Below, piece after piece: positions 10,715-23,495 of a stretch of DNA of 64,000 nucleotides. Below the pieces are notes generated by a model. That model had not been told where the DNA came from and did not search any database. It saw only the letters and a program-made list of their open reading frames with translations. The DNA comes from Squalus acanthias. Taxonomy: Eukaryota. The stretch covers positions 7,502,001 to 7,566,000 of the forward strand of contig CM059448.1 in assembly GCA_030390025.1 (NCBI GenBank), read 5' to 3'. The position numbers were made by a program, and so were the translations under genes. The number at the start of each line of letters is the position of its first letter. Within the stretch, counting starts at the first letter, position 1.

Positions 10715-11150
10715 ATTCGGCCCAACAGCTCCATGCTAGTGTTTATGCTCCACGTGCACCTCCTCCCACCAGCGTTCCCTGTAAGGGTTGTGCCCTGCTC
10801 CAGGGAACCTGCGCAGCCGGCATTTCAATGTAAAAACTGCGCATGTGCAGAATTTTGAATGGCCCGTGCAGCCCCCAAAAGGGGCAGTGCGGCACCAAAA
10901 AATTACAGGGAACATAGCCTCCCACCCCTCAACATATCCTGCTATTCCTTTCTCCCTCATGTGCTTATCTAGCTTCCCATTGAATGCATCTATGCTATTC
11001 GCCTCAACTACTGCACGTGGTAGTGAGTTCCACATTCTAACCACTCTCTGGGTAAAGAGGTTTCTCCCGAATTCCCTATTGAATATATTAGTGACTATCT
11101 TGTATTTATGGCCCCTAGTTCTGGTCTCGCCTGCAAGTGGAAACGCCTTC
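10715..11150 (-). mobile_element. CR1 LINE 3' fragment interrupted by a MITE
   Basis: FPLAGETRTRGHKYKI...FTQRVVRMWNSLP...FNGKLDKHM. Confidence 0.88.
10770..10917. mobile_element. hAT MITE inserted in a CR1 3' fragment
   Basis: TIR cagcgttccctgtaa/ttacagggaacatag; perfect 8-bp TSD cctcccac at 10762-10769 and 10918-10925. Confidence 0.88.
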
Positions 11151-11189
11151 CCTACAAAGTTCACCCTCACCCCAGGTGCCCAGTGCTAG

Positions 11190-11522
11190 ATGCACGAAGG
11201 ATGTTCCCGATGGCGGGGGAGTCCAGAACCAGGGGTCACAGTCTAAGGATAAGGGGTAAGCCATTTAGGACTGAGATGAGGAGGAATTTCTTCACCCAGA
11301 GAGTGGTGAACCTGTGGAATTCTCTACCACAGAAGGCAGTTGAGGCCAACTCATTAAATATATTCAAGAAGGAGTTAGATATATTTCTTAAGGCTAAAGG
11401 GATCAAGGGATATGGGGAGAAAGCAGGGACAGGGTACTGAATTTGGATGATCAGCCATGATCTCATTAAATGGCGGAACAGGCTCGAGGGGCCGAATGGC
11501 CTACTCCTGCTCCTATGTTTCT
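11190..11522 (+). mobile_element. CR1 LINE 3' fragment (young)
   Basis: MFPMAGESRTRGHSLRIRG...FFTQRVVNLWNSLP...IKGYGEKAG followed by an intact 3' UTR. Confidence 0.92.
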
Positions 11523-12042
11523 TGTAAGATCAATAGCCAGGGAACACAACAGAGCAGCATTTGAAAGCTTATTCCCAGTATGAGATGAAGAGCTGTTCCT
11601 AAAAGAAGCCATGGAGTGTCACAGTGAAAAGTAGCAGGGCTCTGAATACAAGACAGGGGCAAGGACTCCCTGTGCAGAAAATAGGCTGGAGGGAGAAATA
11701 CTAAGCTGCTACAGAACTGCAGCTGAATAGTTGAGATTTTTTTTAAAGTAGTTAAGAAAAAGTAATATCAAAGACATTCCTGAAAATGAAACTATTAAAG
11801 CTACAAGTGTGGTGGGCTCGGCACAAATATGAAATGCTGGAAAAATTAATCTTTTGCATTCACAGCAACCCTGGACAAAACAGCACTGAATCTTCATTAA
11901 GCATTCCTTTTGTTACTAGCATGTGCATTACACCCAAAATGAATCATTTTGCCCAGTTCTACTATGTAGGATCATATTCTCAGCAGAACGAAAATAAAAA
12001 GTAAATTCATCTTTTCAGTAAGTTCACGAATTCATTAGTTAC

Positions 12043-12140
12043 CTTCGGGCTGCATCGAAGTTGTTCTTTACAAAATCGTTGAACGGTCTCATATGTTCTT
12101 CTTTTGTAAACAGGACATGATTTGCAATACTTTGCAGAAT
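12043..12140 (-). CDS. NF1: NF1 exon 33 equivalent (98 nt)
   Basis: ILQSIANHVLFTKEEHMRPFNDFVKNNFDAARR; GT-AG. Confidence 0.97.
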
Positions 12141-12759
12141 CTGGCAAAAGCAGAATTTTTACACATATCAATGATGTTTGTTTATAAACCAGGAGGACGA
12201 GCCACAAACTCATCCCAACTAACCTGAAGTACATGCATCTGGTTACATGCTGGGATGGAGAGGGGTAGATTTGGACTGAACTTGTATTTGACCTTAGTGG
12301 TAACATCCAGCACTCCCAAAGTCAAGTGTGGTACGGGTACCGTGTGGGTTCCATATACATTACACCAAAACAATACAACGTAAACACAGGTCCAGACCAG
12401 AACCCTCATTTCTTTTCACTTGACTTTCTATCATTTAGCATCTCAACAGCAATTTGCCATTCTCGCTGATCAGTGTCAAAACAAGGTGAGCCTCAAGCAT
12501 AAGATAGGTGAAGGGTCGAATCCTTTTATAGTGTTAAACATCTGGGTAAGCCAAGAATGCAACAAGCCTTTGAACACTGATGTTGCATCTCTCGTCAACC
12601 AGTAAATGCTGCGTACATATCTCATGATTATATTTTAGTCTCATTGTAGCCCTCAGGAGCACTTTGTTCACGAGAGTAAACACCCCTCAACAGGAGGTAA
12701 CTCCTGTGACAAGTGTCAAACGTGACAAGTAACCGAATGAATTATGGCCAGGAGTGGAA

Positions 12760-13100
12760 ATAAAGCCACGAACAGAACAACACACAGAGATCCAACTGGC
12801 CATTTTTCCACTGAGTATTAGACAGAATAGTTCACCTTGATGAGTGGAAGCCCCGTCACAGCCACACCTGACCCTGTACTCACCTGACGCATTTGTACTT
12901 CGAGCAGGGATTTCTGGACACAGGAGTGAGAACCCTGGCCGATTTTTTCCTTCCCTGACCCAGGGCACACAGAGACCAATTGCAGGGGCCCCTATCACTG
13001 CCCCAGCCAAGATCGAAGTAGTCGGCAAAGAACGGGTCGAATCTGGAACCTTCTTGGTCCTAATGGGTTGGCTACTCACTGGAAAAATGTGCTCAGCTGT
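12760..13100 (-). mobile_element. old tRNA-derived SINE; related copies near 5725-6330, 32400-32610, 35240-35540, 45480-45740
   Basis: shared accaggaaggt..caggtt.gat...gtctgtgctgagttagctgatctcag head motif and ggtgagtacagggtcagg body motif. Confidence 0.55.
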
Positions 13101-13145
13101 CTGGGGGGGCCCAGAAATATTCCCTTGCGTGTTAAATTTTTTTAC

Positions 13146-13304
13146 CTTGGACATCAACTTTAATCCCCGTTCAATTCTAGGAGGCGGTTTCTTATCAAGG
13201 ATTCCTGCTTCATAGGGAGACACTATAGCAGGATTGATGAACCTTAAAAACATAGCACTTCCCACTGCACCTATACTGTTCTGGGGAAAACGCTGGCTGA
13301 CAAC
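13146..13304 (-). CDS. NF1: NF1 exon 32 (24) equivalent (159 nt), FLR motif
   Basis: VVSQRFPQNSIGAVGSAMFLRFINPAIVSPYEAGILDKKPPPRIERGLKLMSK; GT-AG. Confidence 0.98.
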
Positions 13305-15334
13305 CTGCAGGGAAGAAAAAAACAGAAACAAAAGCAGAATGTTATGTTAACAATATGACAATTTAAAATAAAATTTAAAAAGCCATTTTGAAGAGCTGTT
13401 CAATTACAGTTATGTTCAGTTTGTTGGTCTGTACAGGTTATGCTTATAATAGTCAAAATTATATCTATAAAAATACATGGTTACGAGTGTCACAGATGGT
13501 CCCCAGCACCGCACCCCCCCCCCCCCCCCCCAACCACGAGAGGACGGTGCGGTGTGGGCGAGTGTGGAGGTGGAGAAAATGCAGACTTTCAACACAACCA
13601 CACAATTTTTCAAAAAAAAAACCTCAAGTTTTTTTGAATCAATTCAGGGATGAGATAAAATAGCGGGAGCATGGAGCACTTCACTGAAGAGTTATGCCAC
13701 ATCTGTAAACGATCAAATTTTTTCTCTGTTCGTAATCTAGTCTAACATTAAGTAAAACAGACAGACGCTGCTCAAGATCACCAGGAGCCAATTTTCTAGC
13801 ATCGCTACTCGAGAGTTTGGTCAAATTTTAGATTATTTTCTCCTGCGGTCCCAGCAAAAAAAAGTAGTTTGATGGATTAGAGGTGGGGTTGGAGCAGGAT
13901 AGAAACAAGAGGGGAAAGCTAAAAGGTGTGTGGGTGAAGGCAGATGTTTTGCTTTAAAGTTGGAAAATAACCAAGAATAGAAGAAAAATGCTCATTATCT
14001 TCAACCCACAGACTACCCAAAATTTTAGGATTTAGCACAGCTGGGAGCCGCTCCAGAAGATTAGCGTTTCGATCAGTTCTCCAGTTTAGTACGAAGGTGT
14101 TTGAGCCACATGCCTTGTGATTGACATCTAGGATGAATCCAGGCATCAGCCTCCTGAATCATCCACACCACTGGAAACATTCCCAACAGTTGTGCCGAGA
14201 CCTGAAATGCGAAATCTTGAGCTACATGAAAAGTAAACTCCCTCTGCAGGCAAGAGATTACTGTTTGTTTCTAGATCTTTTTGGTGGCTGGGGCGGGGGG
14301 AAAGAGACGGTAAAATACTTCACTGGAAGTGCTCTCACTGTAACGACCTTTATTAGCACTTGGTTTAGCAAACAAAAGAAACAGCAACTCTTAAAACTGC
14401 AGGATATCACCAAGCGTACCGGCAGGCTAATACTGCGACACATTAACTCTGCCCAAACTAAGTTCATATCTGCTGTTCCTCATGCAAATATGCAGTCACC
14501 CTCCCTACAGAGGGGAAGGGGAGAGATCATCGCTCACTGAGCCACTTGAGTACTTCTTGTGCTTGGTAGCACAGAAGATTCATAGAATATTGGAAACATA
14601 TTCTCCATACAACTCCAGTTGAGCGTTTTTTTTGGTGGTAGTGAGTCAGTATGATGCATGCAACCGTTAACTGTTTAACAGATAGAGGATACTGAATGCA
14701 GACTACGATACATAACCACCAAAATGTCTGATTAAGTAAGCCATGGGCAAAAGATAAAAATCTCATTACACCCATCTTCACAACATTATTTCATTAGGCA
14801 ACTCAAAGATTGTGAAAAGAAACAGGCAAAGTTAATTAAGAGTTTAAAGATATGTGTAGTGTTGCAACATGGCTTCACTGCAGCTAGAGGCAGTCTGTGC
14901 GCTAATTAGGCTACTGCTATGTGATGTTCAACGTTTAAACTTTGTTAACTCTCTTCAAACAATATTTCAAAGGAATGGTTTCAGTAATTAGAATGTGGGG
15001 TGCCCACATCTGTGAATTCTGAAAAATATTTCATGAAAATGACACTTGCATTGTAATTTAAAACTTATTAAAAAGGCTGGGACCAAGCTTGAGTAGCCTT
15101 ATGGGGGTTTGGGGGCAAAAGGATGGAGGAGCCAAAAGAATCTCAATTCAGAGTTTAACTTGCTCTATTCATAATATTCTGGAGCAAGACAAATTGCCCT
15201 TCATAGTTTAAGCAAACTCCAGGCAACTGTCCAATGTAAAGCAGGAACCAAGGTTTCTATTTCACAATCTCCATATCTGGCTGACTAAATGTCAGCAAGT
15301 TATCAGGAGGTGCAGGAAAGCAATTGATTCAATT

Positions 15335-16305
15335 TTTAAAAATTTGTTCATGGGCATCACTGGCAGGGCCAGCATATATTGCCCATCTCTAATTTACCTT
15401 AAGGTGGTGGTGAGCTGCATTCTTGAACCGGTGCAGTCCGTGTGGTGAAGGTACTCCCACAGTGCTGTTAGGGAAGGAGGTCCAGGATTTTTACCCAGCG
15501 ACGATGAAAGAACGGTGATATATTTCCAAGTCAGGATGGTGTGTGACTTGAGGGGAACTTGGAGGTGGTGGTGTTCCCATGCGCCTGCTGCCATTGTCCT
15601 TCTAGGTGGTAGAGGTGGCGGGTTTGGGAGATGCTATCGAAGCAGCTTTGGCGAGTTGCTACAGTGCATCTTGTAGATGGTACACACTGCAGCCACTATT
15701 TGCCGGTGGTGGAGGGAGTGAATGTTTAAGGTGGTGGACGGGGTGCCAATCAAGTGGGCCGATTTATCCTGGATGGTGTCGAGCTTCTTGAGTGTTGTTG
15801 GAGCTGCACTCATCCAGGCAAGTACAAAATATTCTATCACATTCCTGCCTTGCGCCTTGTAAATGGTGGGAAGGCTTTGGCGAGTCAGAAGGGGAGATAC
15901 TTGTCACATAATACGCAGCCTCTGACCTGCTCTTGTAGCTACAGTATTTATGTGGCTGGTCCAGTTAAGTTTTTGGTCAATGGTGGCCCCCAGGATGTTG
16001 GTGGTGAGGGATTCAGCAATGGTAATGCCATTGAATGTCAAGAGCAGTGGTTAGACTCTCTTGTTGGAGATGGTCATTGCCTGGCACTTGTGTGGCGCGA
16101 ATGTTACTTGCCACTTATCAGCCCAAGCCTGAATGTCGTCCAGGTCTTGCTGCATGCGGGCATGGACTACTTCATTATCTGAGGAGTTGCGAATGGAACT
16201 GAACACTGTACAATCATCAGCGAACATCCCCACTTCTGACCTTATGAGAGAAGGTCATTGAAGCAGCAGCTAAAGATGGTTGGGCCGAGGACACTGCCGA
16301 GGGGA
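15335..16305 (-). mobile_element. CR1/L2-clade LINE 3' portion with RT remnant
   Basis: MFADDCTVF..MQQDLDDIQAWADKWQVTFAPHKCQ; PTTLKKLDTIQDK; conserved 3' tail. Confidence 0.9.
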
Positions 16306-17664
16306 ATTCTTCCTCAATATTCTTGAATGAGAACAGGAATCTGAAGCTGCAATGGTGAGTGCCACTGTGTAAATGGAGGGTGCTCCACTCCATTAGTAAC
16401 TCAGTTTTCTATATTCCCCAACCAAAGTCATGCACATTTAATGTTTAACCTCCATAACAAACTCAGTTGCAGGAATGGTTCCAATGCATGGACAGTGACA
16501 GCCAAGGCCACTGCTTTGTGATCATTTTTTAAAAATGAGGGAAACGCAGAATGCAATCTGTTTGAAAAAAAACTTTGGATCCCTTGAAACATCAGAATTT
16601 GACGTTCGCATCATCTACAACCTAGCTGCCCAAATTATACAGTGAAAAAATTTGGGAATGACAATCCCCAATACACCAGTAAAAATCCCAGGGTTTCTTG
16701 TAATAAAAATGTAATTGCTTATTCAATCACCACAAAGTGCTTACATTGTACAAAATTAAGAAAATTAATGCCTGGTTGATGAGATATCTGTAGTGACTGA
16801 CCAATTGTCGTGAGTCTGACTGTGAGAACGTGCAAGAGGGCAAAGATAGGTGTGTGATGTCAGCAAAAGATTGTTAATACACGAGATGGAAACACAGGTT
16901 AGAGATTAGGAAGGAAATGCAATTCAGAAAAACTTAGTTCGTCAAATTTCTTTTCTCTCTCACCCCCAACCCTGCCACCAAAATGCAGATTCTCATTGTT
17001 CTTCTGACAGTCCTACTCAAGAACTTAACTTGACCGTTTTCCCTTTCAGATGCTTTGTATGTGTCATTTTGCTTTTATTTCAGATCTCCAGTGGTAGTCA
17101 ATGCCAGCACTTGGTCAACTGACAAGAGATGCAATTGAAATGAAAGACCACCTTCTCTACCAGTTTTGTCTCTTCCTCCAGAGGTCAGTAAGACAGTCCC
17201 ACAAACGGCAGCCAAAGTAGGACACTAATGAAAACTGGGATTAAAACATGGGTCTTCTATTAGAGACCATTTCTTATTGTAGCTGTCCAATTGCCCAAGC
17301 ATGATTTCCTCTGTGAAGTGCCTTTAATATTTTTTCCACATTAAAAGCTCTATACAAAATACAAGTTGTGTTGTTTTCCCCAATTTTCTGCCACATTTAG
17401 GTTGCATACCATTCCCCTGACAAGAGGCTGAGAGGATTACTTGCTCCCAAGTTTGTCAATGGTGTCTAGTAATCAGATGCCAGGGAAAATGCAGGAACGG
17501 CACAAACGGATTCTTAAGCACCAAGTAATTTGCACCTCATCCAACAGCCCAAAATTATACCAGTAAAATATCACGGGGAGAATCGTTACTGCACACCCAC
17601 ATCCTGCCACTCTGTGTAGCAATTGACATAATAGTAATCTGCCTGCTTGAGGTAACAAGTTTCT

Positions 17665-17835
17665 TTTTTATTCGTTGCTGGGATGTGGGCATTGCTGGCA
17701 AGGCCAACATTTATTGCCCCTCCCTAATTGCCCTCGTGAAGGTGGTGGTGAGCCACCTTCTTGAACCGCTGCCGTCCTTGTGGTGAAGGTACTCCCACAG
17801 TGCTGTTAGGGAGAGTGTTCCAGGATTTTGACCCA
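17665..17835 (-). mobile_element. LINE 3' tail fragment (same family as 15335-16305)
   Basis: gatgtgggcattgctggcaaggccaacatttattgccc...ttgaaccgctg. Confidence 0.8.
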
Positions 17836-18259
17836 AGTGCATATTTGTTCCCTTATGTCACACAGTCATACATTTACTTCTACTGTGGAGATGCATCCTT
17901 TAAAAAAAAAAATCAACAGTTCAAAAGGCAGCTCTGCATCTTTTGAACTGAAAGCTCTTGAAGACTTGAATAGGTTGGCCCCGTCTACATGGGATATCTG
18001 CCCGACTTGCACGTGGCTGCAAAGTTAATTATAAACTGTAAAACTATGATTGGCTACCAAGCTGAACTGCTGAAACACCAAAGTTTAATTTCCCAAACAA
18101 TAGCTAGTTTTATCTTGGACTATGTAATCATCTAGATTTTCTTTTTAAAAAGAAAATTGCATCTAGTATCTGGTCATCAACTACACAATTTGATATAGGG
18201 GAAGTTTGTTCAAAAAATATTTTAAAATGCAAATTTTATATTACAACAAATGGTGCAAT

Positions 18260-18359
18260 CAATGTTCCCTCTTTGCAGCCCATTCACAGTTTCGCACATG
18301 CGTGAAACTTTAGGGACCAGCAGAGAGCTGCGTGGCCACGAAGTTTACAGGGAACGTTG
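18260..18359. mobile_element. hAT MITE (same TIR type), short
   Basis: TIR caatgttccct/agggaacgttg; internal gcagagagctgcgtgg shared with 9172-9283. Confidence 0.7.
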
Positions 18360-19852
18360 GTGCCAAAAATCTCAGAGCATCGCAAGTTAGAGTAAACCAA
18401 AATTGCCAGTGCTCGCTGAATGATAAATTCAACGAAAATCTCATCCTTTTGGTGCAGACAATCAAAGCAGAGCCTTAAATGAGAGGTCTGCTGAAATTAA
18501 AAAATGAACTTCAGAAATTGCACTGTAGAAACAGACAACTACATAACTATCTCAACTGCAATGTTATACACCTAATGTAGTTATTTTAATATTTGTCAAA
18601 CAGACATATTCAGTGAACACATATTTCTTCACTATAATCTCCGATTACGCATATACATAAGCAAGATATTTAAAGATTACTCAAACACAAGAAGTTTAAA
18701 CGAAGGTTACTAGTTTAGATTGGACAGTTTAGCGCAGTCAGCCTGTACTCAAGATGAACCCACTCAGTTTTTAGGCATCTGCACTCAAATCATTGAGGTG
18801 AAGATGTAATTCTCCTTAAAAACAGTACAAGTATTTTTTTCTAAAAGGGACACTTTTAAAAAGGCATAAATTTGAGAAAGGATAATTGTCTCAAGTTCAT
18901 GACTTTCCTTAAAATGTCTGAATACACTGAAAGGTTGGGCAGAGGGGGTGGGTGGGGGAAATGAGGAGGAATTTATAGCTCAACACTGAAAAGGTGGGTG
19001 AGGATGAATTGAGGGAAGAGTTATGCTCCAACTCAAATCTTTATTTATAATCAATGCAATTATTTATGAAGTTATAAAGTAGAAAACTATAGAAATTATA
19101 GTAGAGTAAACATCATGGGACACAAGTCAACATTTATTCATTATAGACAGCTCAAGCAACAATGTGGGTTTTTCCATTTTACTTGAAGCTGAACCAGGTC
19201 AGGGTTTATCTAATTTTTTTCAAGATTAAAAGTAGTTACTTCAATAAAGCAATCAACACCCTGCCTCCAAAAATAGCATATCAAACACAAAGTATAAGCT
19301 CCAAGATGGTTTTCATTGGTACCTAAAAGATTAACTATTTATTTTTTACAAGGTCATTTAGCCAAAAAGCCATAGTGAAACAAACAGGAGCAATGGCTTT
19401 GGTTAATAAAGCACCTCAGTTTAACACCTCACCCAGAAGACAGCACCTCTGACAATGCAGCAGTCCTTCAGTGCAGCACTGAAGTGTCAGCCGCGATTAT
19501 GCGCTCAAGTGTGCAGTGTGGCCTGAACCCACATTCTGCTGATTCAAAGCAACTGTACTACCAATTGAGGCAAACCAACACTTATGTAGAAGACTAGTCC
19601 CTGGAAATGGATAACCAGGTAAGGAGGACCAGTGGTTCATGGGTTCATTTTATGCCGAGGTAGAAGAGGGGAAGCACCTCTGTTGATTTGATACAAATAA
19701 TAGTGAAGTCTGTATTTACTGTAATGTTCAATGTTGTTCATAGTTTATTTTCAGTTACTAAATGACTGTGATAGGTACATTCTTCTGCTTACTGAAAACA
19801 AGATCATGTAGTGGCACATGTTGAGGGATCTCTATTCAACCTCTGGGTCTCG

Positions 19853-20314
19853 CTACTTTTCCCCTGATATTGGGCAGATCGAGGCATATTCTAGGTCGTA
19901 GGGGATTAGCAAGATCTGCTTGGTTACTGGCTCATTCGAAGCTCCTGATACTGAACCCAAGGAAGTATTGAGTACAGAACCCTCCAAAAGCAACAGAAAC
20001 AGTTGCTTCGGAGTAACAAAGCGACTAACGCAGCGCCACAAACTCCCAAAGTATATTGGTGCTCTACTCCCACCCTTCACTATGAAATCACATGTGGTGG
20101 CGGATGTGGAAAAAGTTAGTGGTTGCTCAACTCCAGTATTGATCAATTTGTTGGACAAAGTTGGATGAGCATCAAATGTGTTCAATACTGGCCAATAGAA
20201 GAGAATTACAGAGAGATACATGTTGATTGGAGAGATTAATGCCAGACAAGGCCTGATGCCATGGCTAAACTCCAATGCTGACATTTTTTCAGCAAAGATG
20301 GACGCCATTGCGGA
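19853..20314 (-). CDS. candidate alternative terminal or poison exon of NF1 (153 open codons, phase 0)
   Basis: acceptor taactttttccacag|, in frame with exons 30 and 23a, TAG at 19855-19853, AATAAA at 19749-19744. Confidence 0.35.
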   Translation of the reverse strand, partial: SAMASIFAEKMSALEFSHGIRPCLALISPINMYLSVILFYWPVLNTFDAHPTLSNKLINTGVEQPLTFSTSATTCDFIVKGGSRAPIYFGSLWRCVSRFVTPKQLFLLLLEGSVLNTSLGSVSGASNEPVTKQILLIPYDLEYASICPISGEK

Positions 20315-20396
20315 CTGTGGAAAAAGTTACACAACACTAATTTTAGGTGATTCTGAAAAGTAGTTGGAGAGAAACATGCAAGCTGGGATTAAATAT

Positions 20397-20418
20397 ACAC
20401 ACACACACACACACACAC
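20397..20418. repeat. (AC)11 microsatellite, read as (UG)n in NF1 pre-mRNA
   Basis: direct reading. Confidence 0.95.
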
Positions 20419-20889
20419 AACACATCAGTCCGTACCAGGTTAGCTAAAGCTTCATTTGAAAACACAGATTTATGAATGTTTTTATGAACACCTCAGTATC
20501 AGATGGGACTTTACAACAACTTTAATTAGACATGGTCTAGATAAAGGATCCCATGCAAAATGTTATCTATATTTTTCTTTCAGGTGCTGAGACCTACTGA
20601 GTATGCCCAGAATTCTCTATTTTTACAACAGGAAGTTACTCCTGTGTACGATATGGAATGATATTCTGTATACCAATGATATTTTTGCAGTTTATGTTCT
20701 GGAATGATTCAGATATTTTGGAATACCAGTGCATTCCTCCATAGAATCAGCCAGAATACCGAATTAAAACTGAAGCATTTGTCCTGCAGGCTTTGCACCT
20801 GGGAAGCAACCCACACAATTACTTGCACACAGTGTAGCTACATTAATATTGGACAGGTCAAAGCACTCACACAAATATCTCAATAGTAC

Positions 20890-21665
20890 AGCACAGGAGG
20901 CCATTCGGCCTATCGAGTCTGCACCGGCTCCTTCGAAGAGCAATCCAGTTAGTCCCACTCCCCTGCTCTTTCCCCATATCCCTGCAATTTTTCTCCTTCA
21001 ACTATTTATCCAATTCCCTTTTGAAAGCTTCTATTGAATCTATATCCACCATTCCAAATCCTAACCACTCGTTGCGCAAGCAAGTTTTTCCTCACTTCGC
21101 CTCTGGTTCTTTTGCCAATCACCTTAAACCTGTGCCCTCTCGTTATCGACCCTTCAGCCTTTGGAAACAGTTTCTCTTTATTTACTCTGGCTAAATCCTT
21201 CATGATTTTAAACACCTCGATTAAATCTCCTATTAGTCTTCCCTGCTCCAAGGAGAACAACCCCAGTTTCTCCACTTAACTGTATTCCTCATCCATTGAA
21301 CCATTCCACTATTAGAGAACCTCTTCTCTAACCCCTCCAAAGCCTTCACATCCTTCCTAAAGTGTGGTGCCCAGCATTGGACACCATACTCCAGCTGGGG
21401 CTGAATAAGTGTGTTATATAGGTTTAGCATAACTTACTGGTTTTTCTACTCTATGCCTCTATTTATAAAGCCCAGGATCCCATATGCTTTATTAACTGCT
21501 TTGTTAACTTGTCCTGCCACCTTCAAAGATTTGTGCACAAGCACCCCCAGCTGTCTCTGTTCTTGCACCCCCCTTTAAAATTGTACCATTTGGTGTGTAC
21601 GGTCTCGCCTCATTCTGCCTACCAAAATGTATCACCTCACACTTCTCTGCATTGAACTTCATCTT
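20890..21665 (-). mobile_element. CR1 LINE 3' fragment
   Basis: MKFNAEKCEVIHFG; LYNTLIQPQLEYGVQCWAP; LFSLEQGRLIGDLIEVFKIM. Confidence 0.9.
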
Positions 21666-22412
21666 AGTTGGGAACCTGGAGGTGACGGTTCTCCATTTCA
21701 GTCCCACTGCTCCTCTGACCACTCTTTTAAAGTTAATATCCTATAGAAGATCGTTGGATTCCCCTGAAGGTATGTTAACCATCCTGGACAGCTGTATTAC
21801 AGTATTCCTTCAGACCCATGAGGTAAAACACCTTGTTATTTGCAACTCTGCTGCATTCAAGTCCTTTGGTATCAAGGGGCAAGGCATGTTCTGACAAAGA
21901 TTATCTGAATATTTCTAAGTGCAAGACAAACCCCAGTTGGAGAAGCATGTGATTACATTACTTAAAATAATTCTAATACATTTGTTAAGATCAACCTTTG
22001 CAGAAATCCCCATCTACATTCATTCCTTTTCTCCCCAAGTTAACCTTTTCATCCTCCTCAGTAAAGAGTAGAGATTATTGGACTAGACATCAAAGACACT
22101 CTTAGGTCATGTGCAGGAAGGGGACATCAATCTGCCCCAGTAAAGTTTTCTCGTTCAGAATGAGTGCCAACTTAATACCGCATCTGGGAGAAGAAAAATG
22201 TCAGTCAAGACTAGGATCAGAACCAAGATCTACAGTTGTTCGTTTTTACGTTTTTTGATTCACCTCGTCTTCCCTCATGCTTTTCAAATATGGTGTTGCC
22301 TTGGCCCCTGAATGTAGCTTTCTTTTCTCTTTAAATCAAGAAATAAGACATCGGACAAATTCTCAACCTACAGTAATCACATTTTCTGAAGAACATGTAC
22401 AATCGTGATGAA

Positions 22413-23495
22413 TGGGTACGGTAGTGTAGTAATTATATTACTGGACTAGTAATCCAGAGGTCAGGACTAATAATCTGGAGAACGCAAGTTCAAATCCCAC
22501 CACAGCAGTTTGAGAATTTGAACACAATTTTAAAAATCTGGGGGGGGGGGGGGGGGAGAAAATGGCATCAGTAAGCGTGACCATGAAGCTGCCAGATGGC
22601 TGTTAAAACCCAACTGGTTCACTAATGTCCTTAGGGAAGAAAAACAGCCATCCTTACCCAGTCTAGCCCATATGTCCCACACCAACACGGTTGACTCTTA
22701 ACTGCTCTCCAAAGTGCCCTAGCAAGTTACTCCGTTGTCGCAAACCTGCTACAAACAACAGCAAGAATCAAACTGGACGGACCACTCGGTCGCAACCAAG
22801 GCATCATTTCATGAAGGCCATACCCAGCCCAGATGACCATGCAAAGTCCTCCTCACTAACATCTGGGTATGGATGGCAAAGTTGAGAGAGCTGTCCGACA
22901 GACTGTTCAAGCAACAGCTTGACAGTCACACTCTCAGATTCATAACCATCAGCTAATGTCCCAGACGCCATCACTATCCGTGGGTATGCCCTGGCAAGAC
23001 AGACCCACAATAGGTGAGGGAATAGTGGTATACAGTCAGGAGGGGGACAGCTGCAACAACACTCATGAAGCTCAACACAATCCAGGACAAACCAGTCCAC
23101 TTGATGGGCACCCAATCTGCCAGCTTAAACACCCACACCCTCCACCACCACACCATGGTTGCAGCGTGTATTATCTACAGGATGCACTGCAGCACTTCCC
23201 AAACCTACGACTTCAACTAGCTAGAAGAACAAGGGAAGCAGGTGTATGAGATCACCGTCACCTCCAGGTTCCCAACTAAGTTACACACCATCTCAATTTG
23301 GACATGTATCGCTGTTCTTTCCTGGGCATTTAGTCAAAATCCTGGAACTCCCTACTTAACAGCACTGTTGGAGCACCTTCACCACATGGACTGCAGTGGT
23401 TCAAGATAACGGCCCACCATCTTCTCGGGCAACTAGGAATGCTCAATAAACTGGTCTTGCCAGTGACGTTCATATCTCAAGAATGAATATTAAAA
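22413..23495 (+). mobile_element. tRNA-headed SINE/LINE composite: tRNA-like head, endonuclease-like remnant, RT C-terminus and LINE tail
   Basis: head ggtagtgtagt...gttcaaatccc; later segments match the 60340-60975 LINE tail. Confidence 0.7.

Noticed and set aside
12687-13145. Read-through extension of exon 32 in the 214-aa ORF
   Set aside because: NF1 similarity ends at a canonical donor at 13145; the remainder runs through an old SINE
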